Source: Intoshia linei (taxonomy: Eukaryota; Animalia; Orthonectida). From it: a stretch of 47,028 bases of DNA. The notes beneath the pieces were generated by a model. That model had not been told where the DNA came from and made no database searches. It was given only the letters and a program-made list of their open reading frames with translations. The DNA is taken from contig LWCA01000151.1 of NCBI GenBank assembly GCA_001642005.1, forward strand, positions 1 through 47,028. The letters run 5' to 3'. Made by a program: the position numbers and the translations under genes. Below, piece after piece: positions 1 through 13,842 of the stretch. How positions within the stretch are numbered: the stretch's first letter is position 1; each line of letters begins with the position of its first letter.

Positions 1-530
1 AAAATAATTTGTAATATATTATCAACCAATATTTTTCAAATATTTAGATTAAAATAAAAATTGAAAATATAAATATTATTTTTTCTGGAGTTTATGCTAT
101 TTATGACAATTTTTAGGATTTGACTGTTTTTACTTTATTTTTAATATTATACACACATTTTGTCTAATAAAATTGGACTGTTTTTACTTTATTTTTAATA
201 TTATACACACATTCTGTCTAATAAAATTTAAAAAATTTTTTATACAAATGTTAACAAAAAAAAAAATTATTTCGCAAATCATATGTAAAAAATTACTGTC
301 TACAAAGGTATGTTATTTGACACATTAAAAAGAATTGAAATTAATTTTGGATGTACAAACAAGATGGAATTCTCTTTTAATTATGATTGAATTTTATGTT
401 AAAAATTTTAGATTCCGATTAATCGGATATCTGTTGCTCAACTAACCGGAATTATTCGATAACCAGTTTTTCAAATTTTCAAATAATCAATACTCCATAG
501 TTTGTACGTAGTACATAACAGTCAACCTAG
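1..530 (+). mobile_element. 3' part of non-autonomous Helitron (truncated by window edge)
   Basis: Ends GTTTGTACGTAGTACATAAC (hairpin TGTAC-gta-GTACA) then AGTCAACCTAG|T. Bases ~80-170 match ~40895-40978. Internal ~57-bp tandem duplication at ~117-228. Confidence 0.7.
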
Positions 531-1420
531 TATACATATAATATATATGTACTAGGAAATAATGATTTGAAAATACACTGTAAATTACAGTTTGTAATAG
601 AGTATACTATACAATTATATCATAAAATGTATACATTTTATGTATGTAGTAGATGTTAAACGTGATTTAAGCGAATAATTAACATTGAAGTTGCTACATT
701 TATTAAAAAATGCACTACCAATGAATAATAGACACGTACCTGAAATAGACACATAACAACTCAATATTAAACTTATTTTAAGTATATCGGAACAAAAAAT
801 CAGCAAAATTTTGACTGAAAGCTATAACAATCTGATCGATAAAGATTACGTTTTATTATAGTTTATTCATATTTGCCTTACTTGTATTTATACATTTTAT
901 GCAATATGGCTAAAAATGGGAAAAGCTCACCATTTTATATTTTTTGGTTTACCATGTCCCTAATAAGATCAATTTTATTAATCGTTTATTACTTGGCATT
1001 CCTTGCAATTATATTCTACATATTAAACGCGTATACAAATGGAATCGTTTCCAGTAATTTTTATTTTTTTATTAATTTATTAATTATTTTTGATTAATTT
1101 ATTTAGAAATTATTTACGGATACTGCAACGTATTTATTTCCCAAGAAAAATTAAACATCATTTACGGATATTCTAATAAGTATTCTCATTTGTAAGTTTT
1201 TCAATTACCCAAAATTTTTTATGTACATTGTACTACACGGAACATTTTCCAATTTTTTGAGAATCATGTCACTATTTTGGTTAGAAGGTTAATGAACTCG
1301 GTAAATCATAATCATAAAATTTTATAAATTTTCAACGGTATCTACCGAAATAATTAGGGTTTAAATTGATTTAAATCACCCTAAACCTTTTTTTAAACAT
1401 TTTATATGATTCCTGTAAAT

Positions 1421-1728
1421 CAGGGGTAGGCAATCAGTGTTAACGGAATAATTTTGGTGGACCTTCAAATAAATGTGTACATTATTTATTTTTAATTTTT
1501 CAAAATTTAAACACCGTTTTAAATGTTTTTTACTATAATTGGCTCATTATAATCATTTTAATACGGAATTTTCAGATCGTCCCGGGTTTTATTTTGTTGC
1601 ATATACTAGAAACGTTTCTCTTAAGTTAAAATTAAAATCTACCATGTGTAAATTTTCAAAAACGGGACCCATATAATTTTTTGATATAAAAAAGTGGCCT
1701 ACGAGCTGAAAAAGGTTACTGACTCTTG
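1421..1728. mobile_element. hAT-like MITE (Buster-type TSD)
   Basis: Ends CAGGGGTAGGCAA / TTACTGACTCTTG; flanks CTGTAAAT / ATGTAAAT (7/8 TSD); collinear in reverse orientation with 16422-17018. Confidence 0.85.
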
Positions 1729-2169
1729 ATGTAAATACATAAGAAAATGTTTATGTTAGATACTTTGTACAAACACCAGCTAGCTTAAATTTACAATTAA
1801 TTACACTAATTTTAAAATTTTAGAGTGATAAAAAATGGACAGTATATTATAAATTTGATTAGAAATTACGTTATTCGATTTGTTACCAATCCAAAAACTA
1901 TTCATGTTATTCAAGATTCTATAACGTTTTTTATTAAATTGGTAAGTTTAATTAGGTTTACATTTCATACAATCTAATTTAATCAATTTAGATTTCAAAT
2001 ATGCAATTTTATACAAAATATATTTTAAAAAATGTTATTTATTTTACTGATGTGATTTTGGTGAGTATTGCAAATATACTGGAAAATTTAATTACACAAT
2101 TTAATTTTATCAGAAGAACTGAAACCTGGTACTTTTATTAATGGCAACGCTTTTGCATTATATATTATA

Positions 2170-2978
2170 CTAGATTGACTGTTATGTACTACGTACAAAC
2201 AACACCTAGCTCTGTCGAAGGCACATTTTATTCTACCAAAAAAATAAATTCACGTTGAAAATCTAACTTAGAATCCTACTATTCACTATTATCAATCAAT
2301 TATTAGGAAATGAGAATTTGAGATTTAAAATTGCGTAGCAATGAAAAAAATTATGAAGGAATGAATTATATAAATTTTCACCCCTATCTATTTATTGGAA
2401 ATTTGTAAACGTTCACTGCACATTTTTTTTGAAATTATCAATTTTTATTTTAATTAAAATATGTGAAAAATTTTGGTTAATAATATATTAAAAATTATTT
2501 TTCACCGGGAATGCGTAGATTTCTGGGGGTTAAACTTTTGTATTTATATCTACTGGAATAAGCTCTATCAGAATAATCTCTTCTTTTTTTTAATTTTTGG
2601 ACATTTATTTATTTCACATTTTTTGTTTTAATAAAATATTCGGAAAAAAAATATATGAATACTAAAATGCTTTTTTGAACGTGAAGGCGTTGCTTATTCA
2701 GATTGAAATTTTTTGTGTGTGTTAACAGGATACAACTGTAACACCTGTAAATTTTTTAAAATTCTAGGGCTGTTTTCATCAAAAAAAAAAGGGTAATTTG
2801 GGGTTTTGATCAGTAAGATGTGAGTTTGGGAGGTTGAAATTTATTTTACTAACAGTCACGTAAAAACTGTAATTGAAATGTAAACTTTATAAAATTCTAA
2901 GACTGATAGCTATTGAAATAAACAGTAACACATACACACAGAGAAACAAATATTGCATAGCATATTATATAAGTAAGG
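2170..2978 (-). mobile_element. Non-autonomous Helitron, near full-length copy
   Basis: Minus strand begins CCTTACTTATATAATATG followed by a GT-rich microsatellite and ends hairpin + CTAG at 2170; body matches 10890-11677 and 27440-28237. Confidence 0.85.
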
Positions 2979-3673
2979 TGTAAATGTATTGTGCAAGGAA
3001 AATGTAATATAGTTTTTTAATATATTTTTAGGCTATTGTTATCTAACCAAGTTTCTTTCCTTTACAACAATTTGGAAGACTTTGTTCAAAATATTAAATA
3101 TAAATTGTTTTAAGTTATGTTAAAATAAATTTTTAACCTCGTTTAATAACTTGGTTGTGTTTATTAATTTTTTTATTTGATAGATTTAATATATGCTAAT
3201 AATTATAATAACTCACGGTTTTTCGATTTGTTTATCAACACATTTGGTTAAACTTAGAGTAAAATGTTATTTAAAAATCAAGGTTATCGATTCAAAGAGT
3301 TTCATAAAAGTAATTACATCATAAATTAATTAAATTTAATCATTATACACTATAATTTATAATAATACAATATTAACGTGTCATATTGACACTGTTAACA
3401 CTCGTTGTAGAGTATCACAGTCCCACCATGCTTTATTTATTTCCAGAAACAATTTTATTTCCAAATTGAAAGGAAGAAAGAAAATAAAAAAAATAAAATA
3501 TAATGGAAGTAAAATAGTTTGATATTGTATAATAAAATATTAACAACTTTTCATTATTCTATGCAATTTTAGAAAAATAGAAACGCGTTTTTCACCTGAA
3601 AAATGATTTATTTAACCTACTAGCTTGACAATGAACCTTTAAAAAATGATTATGATATTGTTATGTGTGGATT

Positions 3674-4778
3674 ATACTTCCGGCGGTTCTTCTGGTGGAG
3701 AAGCAGCTTTAATTTTATTTGAAGGTTTAATAATTGGTAGTGGATCAGACATGAGAGGGTCTTAAGAATTCCGGCTGCAATGTGTGGTATAGTCGGTATT
3801 AAACCAACTCAGAACCGTGTCAGCACATCAGACATGTATGAACTTGAATATGGTGCTAATTTAATTCTTCCCGTCAACGGTCCATTAGCTCGAGATGTAG
3901 ATGGGTTGGTTTTGATAGTGAAATCACTATTATCTGATACAATGTATAAACTTGATCCTACTTTGATCTCTTCATATTTTTGTAAATGTATCTTTAACAA
4001 TAAAAAAAAGTTAAAAATTGGATATTTTTTGGGATCTAAAAATCTCAGTGTTTTACCTTGCATGCGACAGGCCGTTCATCTTACCACAGACACGCTGAAA
4101 TCGAAGGTACACACAATTGTTGAGTGGGAACCTATTGGCTTAGAAGATTCGTTAAAGTTTTTTGCCAAAACTATACTTGCAGATGGCGGCGAAGCATTGC
4201 TTCGGCTATTCAAAGGCGATGATTTAATGGGAAATTTACTCAAATTAAATTGACTACTATCTTTACCGTATATTGTGCGTATAGCTTTAATTTTTAAAAA
4301 TAACATTTATCAAACAGCTTTATCTCATAAAATTAATGGTGTAGGATCTCATAAAAATTGGTTGAAATTATTCAATGATTTGACCGCGTTAAGGCTAAAA
4401 GTTATCGAATTATTTAAAGATGACAATATTGATGTATTTATTGTCCCAGGGTATTCTGTGCCTTCTGTATCAGCAAATAATACCGTTGATAAGGAAATTT
4501 CAATTTGGCCCGTCGTGTACGCTAATGTTATTAATTTTGTTGCTGGTACACTTCCAATAACCCATGTTTGTGAACAAGATTTAAAAGATATGGAAATTGA
4601 AAAGGAAACTAATAAAACGTGGTGCTTTAACCAGTTAACTCAAATGTGGACAAATTCAATTGGTATGCCGATAAATATACAAGTGTATGGTCAACCGAAT
4701 AGCGAAGAATTGGTACTTTTTGTCATGAAACATTTTGAGTTTGAAATCTATTTTGAAAGAAAAAAATTCATTAAATAA
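3674..4778 (+). pseudogene. Fatty acid amide hydrolase-like (amidase signature) pseudogene
   Basis: TSGGSSGGEAAL...GSDMRGS amidase signature; 1-nt deletion at ~3762 shifts into LRIPAAMCGIVGIKPT; GPLARDVD; in-frame TGA at 4251-4253; C-terminal GMPINIQVYG...EELVL. No N-terminal catalytic-Lys region visible. Confidence 0.85.
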
Positions 4779-5359
4779 AGCTAAACAGAAATTTTTTTAT
4801 CAACGGTATTATTATTATTTATTATTACTAAATAGCTTTACTTGGCATGTCCTAGGCCAAGCAATAATTACAAAGGTTTTCGATTTCACGTCAAACAAAT
4901 TAAATTTATTAAGGAAAAAATCAAAAATATAACATGACGTTGGACGATAAGTTACCAATTTTACGTTTCAAGGCATATTTTATAAAAACAGTAGTTTCAT
5001 CAAGATTTTTGTTTAATTTTTTCAGAGGCCGGTAGAATAATCTTTTTTATAATGAACATTGTACAATGTTCAGATCAATACTAACTTTCAAAAAATGACC
5101 ATCTTCATCATAATTTTATTAGACTCTAGTTTAAGTCCTGGTAAAACGTACTAATATTTTTATAAAATTTTATAGAACCACACAATATATCAATTAAAAT
5201 TATAATTGAATTGATGAACACACCACTTTCCATCAAATTAATTTTTTCTACTACCCTCCCCTTCTTATTTGGTTATATGACCATAATTTTACAAAATAGG
5301 CCAAGTTAAAGAATTTACCATAAATGAATCGTTTTTTGAGTGTTATTAACGGTGTAGTG

Positions 5360-5808
5360 CAGGAGTGGGCACTCTTTTTTGTGCAACAGGCCATCCTGCA
5401 CATAAATTTGATAGCGGGCCGCACCAAGAAATATTCTTCAATTTTATTTCGTTCGTTTTTGTAAACAATTTTTTAAATCAATATTACAAACCCTTATACC
5501 TATTTTCACTCGTTTAAAAATTTTTTAAGGTTATTAGTCAATACATTTACTACTCAAATGTATTTGAATGCAGTAAATTCTCATATTCGGCAGAATTTAT
5601 AAAAAAAATATTAAATTATTATTCTTTATTATTAACACAATTCACACATACTAATATTATATAAGTGATTTTGCTTTTTTCTAAGAGTTGAATAAGATCT
5701 GGTTTAATGCTTTAATGTTGCATTAATTAAATTTAAATTATTCGAAATTTTTAATTTCAATCGCGGGCCGCAAAAAATTATAAGAGAACCACACTTTTGT
5801 CATATATG
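5360..5808. mobile_element. hAT-like MITE
   Basis: Perfect 8-bp TSD GTGTAGTG at 5352-5359 and 5809-5816; starts CAGGAGTGGGCA; subterminal GCGGGCCGCA motifs at both ends. Confidence 0.85.
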
Positions 5809-6605
5809 GTGTAGTGCCATTAGACCACTGGTATATGATATTCAATTTGAACAATGGGAATCATCGTATAATAAGTTAAAAATAAAAAGTATAATTATAA
5901 TTTTTATTTTATAATTATAAATTAAAAATGTTTACATAAACATGGTTATAAAAATATGAGGTTGAATAGGTACAATATCACATGGTGTGTTTTTGACTAA
6001 AGCTTGATGTTTAGAGTTCTAAAAAAATATACACATGTAACATAATTTGCAATACCGTCCAATACATTAATCTGCATTTTCGACAAAATGATAAAGATTC
6101 AATGAAATTTTTCTTATTTCCATACATTCTAAACAAATTAATAACATTCATTTCAAATGAAACAAATAGCAGAGGCCGCCAAACCTTTTTTTATCGTCGG
6201 GCTGGGTGAGTAAATAATTTGGCGCCACTTTTCGCGAAAATTTTTTTAAAGATGCCTATAGTACATGCATAATCTAATAATACATGTATGTATCTGAAAT
6301 AACTGTAAAAAAATCAAAGTATATCATGTGTGCAATGCTTTCCAAACATATTGCGCCCTTATGATCAATACTGACAATGTCAGTGTTACATACAACTAAA
6401 ACGCACATATAGGGTATATTTATAGAATATATCATTTAAACCAGGAATGGCCATCCTATGGCGTATTGGCAAATTTGATAAATTAAAATTTAAATTGTGG
6501 GATAATTGAAAATTAAATTTTAAATTATAAGATTAATTTTCTTTCTGTAATCCGTGGTAATAGAGAAATAACCTAAACACTTTCCGAATCTACTGGAAAA
6601 TCCGT

Positions 6606-9450
6606 TCAACTTATATTGTTTAATCTATATGTCCCTGGTTCAAATCCTATGACGATCAAAAGGAACGACCCTTGCCGTAACTTACAAAACCTCAAAAACG
6701 TACAGAAACGGTGAAACTTTAAAATCCTATTACCTTTGTAATTTTGAATAAAGAACTTTAAATGTCGGATTTGGTAAACACTCCATTTGTAGCACTGTTG
6801 CAATTTCATGGGTAGGGTAATGGGTATTGATAAGATACTTCCATATGTTGTCAGGAACATTAGATTTTTCACTAGTAGAAATTAGATTTGCAATTGAATA
6901 CACAGATTTCATTTCCTTTAAATTCACCGATTGTTTATCAAAAATATGCATTCGATATTGCAAGGTATTGTTTATACCACAAGCTATTAAAAAATTATCA
7001 ATATCTGATATATTTTCCAATTTTTGTATTATAACTTCAATTATATCGTATGGTAGTTTATTTAAATGGTTTTTATCTGACGTTTCAATCTAAAATGTAT
7101 ACATTTTTAAAAAATTAAAAATATTAAGTATATTACGGGCTTTAGGTGATATTTTTGAAGTTTCAATGTTAATATGTACAAAATCTTGCCATTATCATGA
7201 AATGCTTTGGAACGACTTAGATAGCTACTTTTATTCCTAGACAATGTTTTTGAAGCTTGGAGTAGTAATCTATCCGCTAAATTGACATTTGTTCCAGTTT
7301 CAATTACTAAAATATCAAATTTTATTATGATCAACTTTTTAATTTACCAAAATGTACGGCCAATTCAATCAATGAAAACAAAAATTTTTGTGTTTGAATT
7401 GATAATCCATTGTAGTAATTGTTTAGCAAATTCATTATTACCTAAATTTTATTTATTTATATTTACTGTACATTAAATATACATCAGTAGATTACTTACT
7501 TCGTACGAATATCGAAATTTTGAAACGTTTTGCATGGCTTTAAAGAAATCCAATTTTTTAAATACATCAATCAATGAATATCTACATAATTTAATCTAAA
7601 TAAAAAAATTTAAACTTTTTAATGTATGAAAATGTTTTAAACTAGATTTATCAATCAGTTTTGTCAATTTTAATCCAAATTTTATAAAAAAATATAATGT
7701 AGTGTTAATATTATTAACCTTTATTAACATTAATAGGTTCTATATTATGCATTGGCGCAATTTTATGTTTATTTTAATAACAGGTAATATTATAAAATAT
7801 GGCATCATCGTTTGATTATATATTACTTGGCTATTGGCTAATACTTTTATTTTAAAATTCAAAATAAAAAATTGAATAGCTAACCTTTATTAACATGAAT
7901 ATGTTTATAATATGCAGTCACTGCATTGTATTAGCACAAATTGTTCATTTTAATAACAGGTAATATTATCAAATATAGTATCATTGTTTATTTTATTTTA
8001 ATTTTTTGCATACTTAATTAGGTGTAACTCGTTAAATTTATCTTTATCATACGTGTATTTTAATTCTTTTTGTTTGTATTATTAATTTTAATCATTTTAA
8101 TACATAAAAGAAAATTATCTAAATCATTTCATGATTTTTGTCAATGTAAGGTATTTATATTTTGTAAAATTGTATACTAGATAATTGTTTGTGTAAATAG
8201 GATAAACTCCAAATTTTCGTTTTTATTATACTTACGCCAAGTTAAAATTACTACTAAATACATCTTTCAAATTTTCAATAATTGACGAAATTATTTGTAT
8301 TTGTATACTGCAAGTAAAATTCTTCCAAAGAGTAAATTTTTGAGCGTTAAAAAATTATATTGTCAATATCATAACTTTCGTGTCTACATTAAACTATCAA
8401 ATGCAGGCCATTACAAAGGTTTGACAATGCATTGGAGAAGTAATTAAGGATATGTAGCACTACATGTATGCATTGCTTTCGAAAAATTTTTCTGGTGCGT
8501 CCTATATGTTCACCATGGCGACATTTTATGTAGGGTCTCACGTGGGTAACCCACGTAATTTGAAAATGTTGGAAAATTTGATACTCAATCGTAAAATATT
8601 CTTTTCAGATTTTTTAAAATTTTATTACCTTAATTATTAAAACATTAATTCAACTAAAAGGTTCCATTAAATCAAAACATCTTCCAAGGAACTGTTCCTC
8701 CAATTGATTAATTTTTATCAAAATTTCCTGATTTAAATCCACAGTTATCACTATCATTTCTATTGCAGTATCAAAAATCTGTCATATGGTTACATTATAA
8801 TAAAACGTTTCGACAGATTCATTATTTACTTAAAATTTACCAGACTTGAATTTGACGGTGGTATATAAACGTTTGGTTGGATATGCTTGTAACATTCAGT
8901 TACATTTTGCTCATAAAAGCGTTGATAATGTCTAAAAAATGAACTAATAAATATTAAACGAAACAATTTACCTTTGGGAAATGGTTTCATTTAATCTTAA
9001 TAGAAATTCAAAACGACACATTTTGAAATTATCCCATTTCCCCTGTCTATTATTTTTAACCCAGAACAACCCAGAAGACCTCCAATCTCTTCCTAAAAAA
9101 ATTAAAATTAAATGTATAAATTTTACCTAAATAAGGCATTGTAGTTTTAAATTATATTTTTGTTTACAGTACTTAAAAACAAGGAAATTAGTAAAATTGG
9201 AACGAAAAACAGATGTTTCTTGATAAATCAAGTCTTGAAAGCTCGATCAACGTGAATTGTTGTTTAATAGGTGGGATATTGCTTGTAATTCATAATTTGA
9301 GAAATCAAATACAGTACATCAGTTCTAGATTCACTAGTAAGTAAAAAAATGAAAATTTTACAAGTTTCATACATCCAAATTCTATAAAATGTAATAGCAA
9401 ATTGATACTCTGCCAATCGTAACAGATATTGAATAATTCATAGCCAAAAT
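6606..9450 (-). CDS. Uncharacterised multi-exon gene (model incomplete)
   Basis: AG/GT-bounded open exons with compatible phase (GRDWRSSGLFWVK...TISQ then HYQRFYEQNV...SSL) and ORFs 6730-7020 and 7107-7334. Some exons could not be joined in frame; both ends uncertain. Confidence 0.45.
7714..7995. repeat. Diverged direct repeat (two units, ~167-bp spacing)
   Basis: TAACCTTTATTAACAT...TTTTAATAACAGGTAATATTAT occurs starting at ~7714 and ~7881. Confidence 0.75.
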
Positions 9451-9649
9451 AGGATGTCTAACCTTTTAACATAATTGAAAAGTAGGTTAGGACATTACAA
9501 TTTACAATTATACATTACATTTGTACGTACAATTTGTATAATATTTATTATAGAATATATATTAATAGAAGTAATAAATTCTTAGCGTTCGTTTTTATAA
9601 TGGTAACACTATTGATATATTGTAATTGGCCTCATTAAAACTGCAATAT

Positions 9650-10500
9650 TTATCTAAGAATTCTACATTCTTTGAAAACGTGTTGTCTACGTTTTATAAC
9701 ATTTGAACGCCACAAAAAAAATGATAATTTTAATTTTCTCCATAAGGCGTAAAGGAATTGTTTAGAAAATTTATTATAAGTGTATTTTTGTGATTGCGAC
9801 TAAGTTTTATTTATTAAATTTATAGTTATCAATTTACTAACCAATTTTGATTGTTGTTTCATTAAATAGTTCAATTTATTTTGAAATAAGAAATCCAGTA
9901 AAGAAAATATTAGTATTGCAAAAAAGGCAAAGAGAAATGTTGTAATTGATAGCTAGAAACATTTCATACAGTATTATTAAAATTTTACTTGAATGATATA
10001 AGAATTTCTTTTAATCCATTCACATTCACAGTTGTTGCAAAATGTAGCATCTTTTGGTTGTATTATTAAAAGACAATTGCTAATAAATTAAATAAAAATG
10101 TAAAATAAAAAAATTTATAAAAGTATACACGTATTATAGATTACCTATTTCACGCTGCAGACATGCTAACATGTAAATAAAAATTTTTCTACAAATTGTT
10201 AAGTCAAATGAAAAACTGAAATTAAATTGTATTTGAAAATATATATTTTCTGCTAGGTATAAAAATATTTTTGTATATAGTCGGGCCAAGACATCATTGA
10301 TAATAAAAAATTTTAACAAAAATACTTACCAATTAATTGGGTCTTTAATTGTTTTTTTTATAACGTAACTTGTATTAGATGAAGTTTCTTTCCAATCGTT
10401 ATATGGACATTCACATCTACATCTTACATTTTCAATCTATATTTTTTTTAATTAAAGTATAAATCTATAATTCTCAACCCGGTTTTGAGATATGGGATCT
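9650..10500 (-). CDS. TMEM9: TMEM9-family membrane protein
   Basis: Spliced exons read IENVRCRCECPYND..., ...FCNNCECEWIKRNSYIIQ, TM LSITTFLFAFFAILIFSLL and C-terminal WRSNVIKRRQHVFKECRILR*, paralleling TMEM9 motifs (RCKCICP, YCLLCECRYEER, WKLQVQEQRKTVFDRH). Start codon not located. Confidence 0.8.
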
Positions 10501-10859
10501 TTTGAAAAAATAAGGAATAGTTGTTTTTTTTATTTTTTACTATTAAAATTTTTAGGCCCCCATTATACAACAATTTCACCAAAAAATTGACAAAATTTAA
10601 ACTAAAATTTAGAGCTGATACAATTTTTTATAATTAAAAATAATGAGAACCCTTAAAATTTAGATGATAAAAAAATATTTATTTTTAACTCTTGCAGTAA
10701 ACTGTAGTGGTAGCGCTGAAAGAAAATTTGAATCCCTGATTTCGGTAACTAATTAACATAAATAATTACAGTTTGTAAGATAATTAAAAGAAAATTTAAA
10801 TTTGTACCAAGTTTAAGTAGCTTTTTGGTTTGTAATTATTATTTTTTTCATGATATTTA

Positions 10860-11677
10860 TGACGATTTTTAAGGTTGTAATTATAATTCGAAAAAAATTC
10901 CGAAGGAATGAATTATATAGATTTTCACTTATATGTCTTGACTGGAAATGTGTAGATGTACAATCCACATTTTTTTAAAATTGTAGGATCAATATTTACA
11001 TTTTCAATTTTTAATTTTAATCGAAATATTTGAAAAATATTGGTTGATAATATATTAAAAATTATTTTTCACCGAGGAAAGCGTATATTTCTGGGGTTGA
11101 AATTTTGTATTTATATCAACTGGAATAAGCTCTATCAGAATAATCCTTTTTTTCTAATTTTTGGACCGTCAATTATTTCACATTTTTGGTTTTAATAAAA
11201 TATTTCGAAAAAAAAATATATGAATACTAAAATGCTTTTTTGACCGTGAAGTCGTCACTTATCGTATTGAAATTTTTTATGTGTGTTAACATGATACAAC
11301 TCTACAACCTGTAAATTTTTTGAAATTCTAGGGCTGTTTTCAAAAAACAAAAGGGAATTTGGGTTTTGGCCATGAAGGTATAATTTTTTTAAATTTAAAT
11401 TTATGGTAATGTTTATGATTTTAAAATTCGCATCAGCGTGTATATTTTTTTAAATTTTCCAACTCGTTTAATTTTCAAAAAGAGGGACAACAGGGGTTTT
11501 TGACCCTTAAGATGTGAAATTGGGAGTTTGAAATTTATCTTATTATACGCGGGGAAAAAACTGTAATTGAAATGTTATCTTTAAAACACTCTAAGAGTGG
11601 TAGTTATTTCAATAAAGTAAGACACACAGACACACACACACAAACAAAAATCGCGTTGCCTTTTATATAAGTTAGGA
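10860..11677 (-). mobile_element. Non-autonomous Helitron, 3'-degenerate copy
   Basis: Minus-strand 5' end A|TCCTAACTTATATAAAA with (GT)n; body nearly collinear with 2340-2978. Confidence 0.8.
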
Positions 11678-11715
11678 TTCGATTGCTTTTAAGATTGAAC
11701 AATTATTGTCTATAA

Positions 11716-11943
11716 TGAGGGTAGCCATTGTCCAACCTACGGTCAGCGAACTCATTTCATCCGACCCACACATTTTTTTTTAAATTTTTTTATATTTAGA
11801 TTTTATTTTTATTCCATTTTTATTTTTTTAATCCAGTCATTTTACTAAATACTAACAGTGGGTAGTAAATTTTTAATGTGTCTGCCCGCTAAATTATTTA
11901 AATCTATCACCGGCCCGGTACCATCATAGTGTTTTCCACCCTG
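11716..11943. mobile_element. hAT-like MITE
   Basis: Right end TTTTCCACCCTG; flanks GTCTATAA / GTTTATAA (7/8); CGGCCCG and GCCCGC subterminal motifs; left end degenerate. Confidence 0.6.
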
Positions 11944-11956
11944 GTTTATAATTCAG

Positions 11957-12019
11957 TAAAAAATCGCCCCTCAGTAGAGTTTTTAGTTGTTTGTACGAAA
12001 TACATAACAGTCAAGTTAG
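11957..12019 (+). mobile_element. Helitron 3' end remnant
   Basis: GTTGTTTGTACGAAATACATAACAGTCAAGTTAG|T, a variant of the family terminus. Confidence 0.65.
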
Positions 12020-12316
12020 TAAATTATAATTATAATTTATTATCAATATTTAAATAATTACATCTTCAGTTTTAATACTGCAAATTAATAAAAAGCTGAT
12101 ACATAAGATTAGTAACATGAAATGCATTTCACAATATTTATAATATCGTTTCAGAAAAGATATATTCAATTTGAAATATACAAATCAATGTTAATACTTT
12201 TTCTATTTATCTCAATTTTACATGGTAATTTATTGATTTTAATTTTATTACATTTTTAACGAATTTTTTTGATTTTCTTGGAAAATTTAGTTTAAATATA
12301 CCAGTAGTATTTTTAT

Positions 12317-12571
12317 CAGTGATGGCAAGACTTTTCAGTTGGTATGTCAAAATTTTTTTGCTGTTTATTTTTTTGGTTGCGTCACGCAACTTGCGTGTCA
12401 TTTTTAAATGATAAATAATTTTAGGTATGTATACTTTTCTATTATTACACACTTTTGAATTAATTTTTCTACACCATATTGAAAATTTCAAATAAGCTTT
12501 TTACCAGCTTGTCAGACAGAATTTCTGTGCGTGTCACCAGTGACACGCGTGTGTTATTTTTCCCATCACTG
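12317..12571. mobile_element. hAT-like MITE
   Basis: TIR CAGTGATGG / CCATCACTG; palindromic GCGTGTCA/TGACACGC subterminal motifs; TSD not preserved. Confidence 0.7.
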
Positions 12572-12747
12572 GTCTAGAGCGTCCAAAATGTTGTAGAGTA
12601 GGGTTACTCTATTTTGTATATTTTGAAAGATAAAAAAGACAGAAAATGAACTTGGTTTAATTTGCTGTGGATTGACATAAATATCTTACATTTTGATGGA
12701 AAAAAGCTACCGCATCTTTTTAGTTAAAGTTTGTATTTTATTATTTA

Positions 12748-13385
12748 CTAGGTTGACTTTTATCTACTACGTACAAACAGCACCTAGCTCTGCCAAAGGA
12801 AGACTTTTTTAATTCTACCAAAAAAATAAATTCAGATGTCCATAAGAATATTTAACTTAAAAATGCTTATATTCATTATTATCAATCCTTTTAAAAGAGT
12901 GGTTCCAAACTTTTTTAATTTCATTTTTTAAAAAAAATTAATCTGAGGTTTTGATTGTGAAAATGAAATTTTATGAGGTTGTCAATTAGGATTATACAGT
13001 AAGTTTGTACTTTACTGTATGATTTTAAGAACTCCCAGAAAATTTTATTTTATTTTGTATAAAATTTGGGTATTTTAATTTTTATAAAAAAAAGCGGAAT
13101 TCAGGGTTTTGGCCGTGAAGATATAAGTTTTTGAAATTGAAAATTATCATAATGTTGATGATTTTAAAATCTTGATCAGATTGTTATTTAATTGTATATT
13201 TTTTTAATTCTAGGACTAATAGAATTTTAAAAAAGGATAGATGGCGTTTTTAACAATGAAGGACTCATTTCTGAGATTGAAATGTATTTTACTTTCACCC
13301 CAGAAAAAATGTGGAATTGTTAAAATTTTATTACTCATAGTTATTGAAATAAACAATCAAAAACTATAAAAAAATCAGACAAATC
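12748..13385 (-). mobile_element. Non-autonomous Helitron, diverged subfamily
   Basis: A|CTAGGTTGACTTTTATCTACTACGTACAAACAGCACCTAGCTCTGCC terminus; body resembles 35425-36160. Confidence 0.75.
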
Positions 13386-13842
13386 TACCCGTGACTGTGT
13401 CAAAATTCTACAATGTTTTAACAACAGTGTAGAATAATATATTTTTGTTATTTTTTTAATCAGTATAATTAGTGTCATTTTATCTATGACATATCTGAAT
13501 ATTAGGAAAAATGGAATAAAATTTAGATAACAAATGTTAAGGAAACGGAAAAGGTAAAGAAGCGGAATTTTTTCCAACCAAAATGAAAAATATTTACATC
13601 ATTCTACAGTAAATTAAATGGGTATTATCTACTCGTGTCTTTTTTACATTTTAAAAAAAGTCAATAATGGAATAGCCTTACTGTGCTCGGCTGTAGTGTA
13701 TATGATTGGATTTATGAAAATAAGGGGCCATTATTTTCATATTTATCATGATTAGCAAAAGGTACATTATAATTCTGTTTAAATTTGTCAAAAACCAAGA
13801 AAAAACGCAAATGTAACATTTACTATATATGCAAACATGATA

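Noticed and set aside
790-1190. Possible exons of a membrane protein (ORF 873-1097)
   Set aside because: Hydrophobicity is expected from T-rich DNA; no consistent spliced frame or family motif was found.
4251-4253. In-frame TGA as recoded Trp/Sec (alternative genetic code)
   Set aside because: The same gene has a frameshift, other genes use TGG for Trp and TGA as stop, and no SECIS was seen.
6605-6660. tRNA-like T-loop GGTTCAAATCC with a preceding stem-like segment
   Set aside because: No A-box, D-arm or acceptor stem pairing; at most a decayed tRNA/SINE relic or chance within antisense coding sequence.
12207-12491. 94-aa minus-strand ORF
   Set aside because: Lies across a MITE boundary; Lys/Ile-rich composition typical of random AT-rich ORFs.
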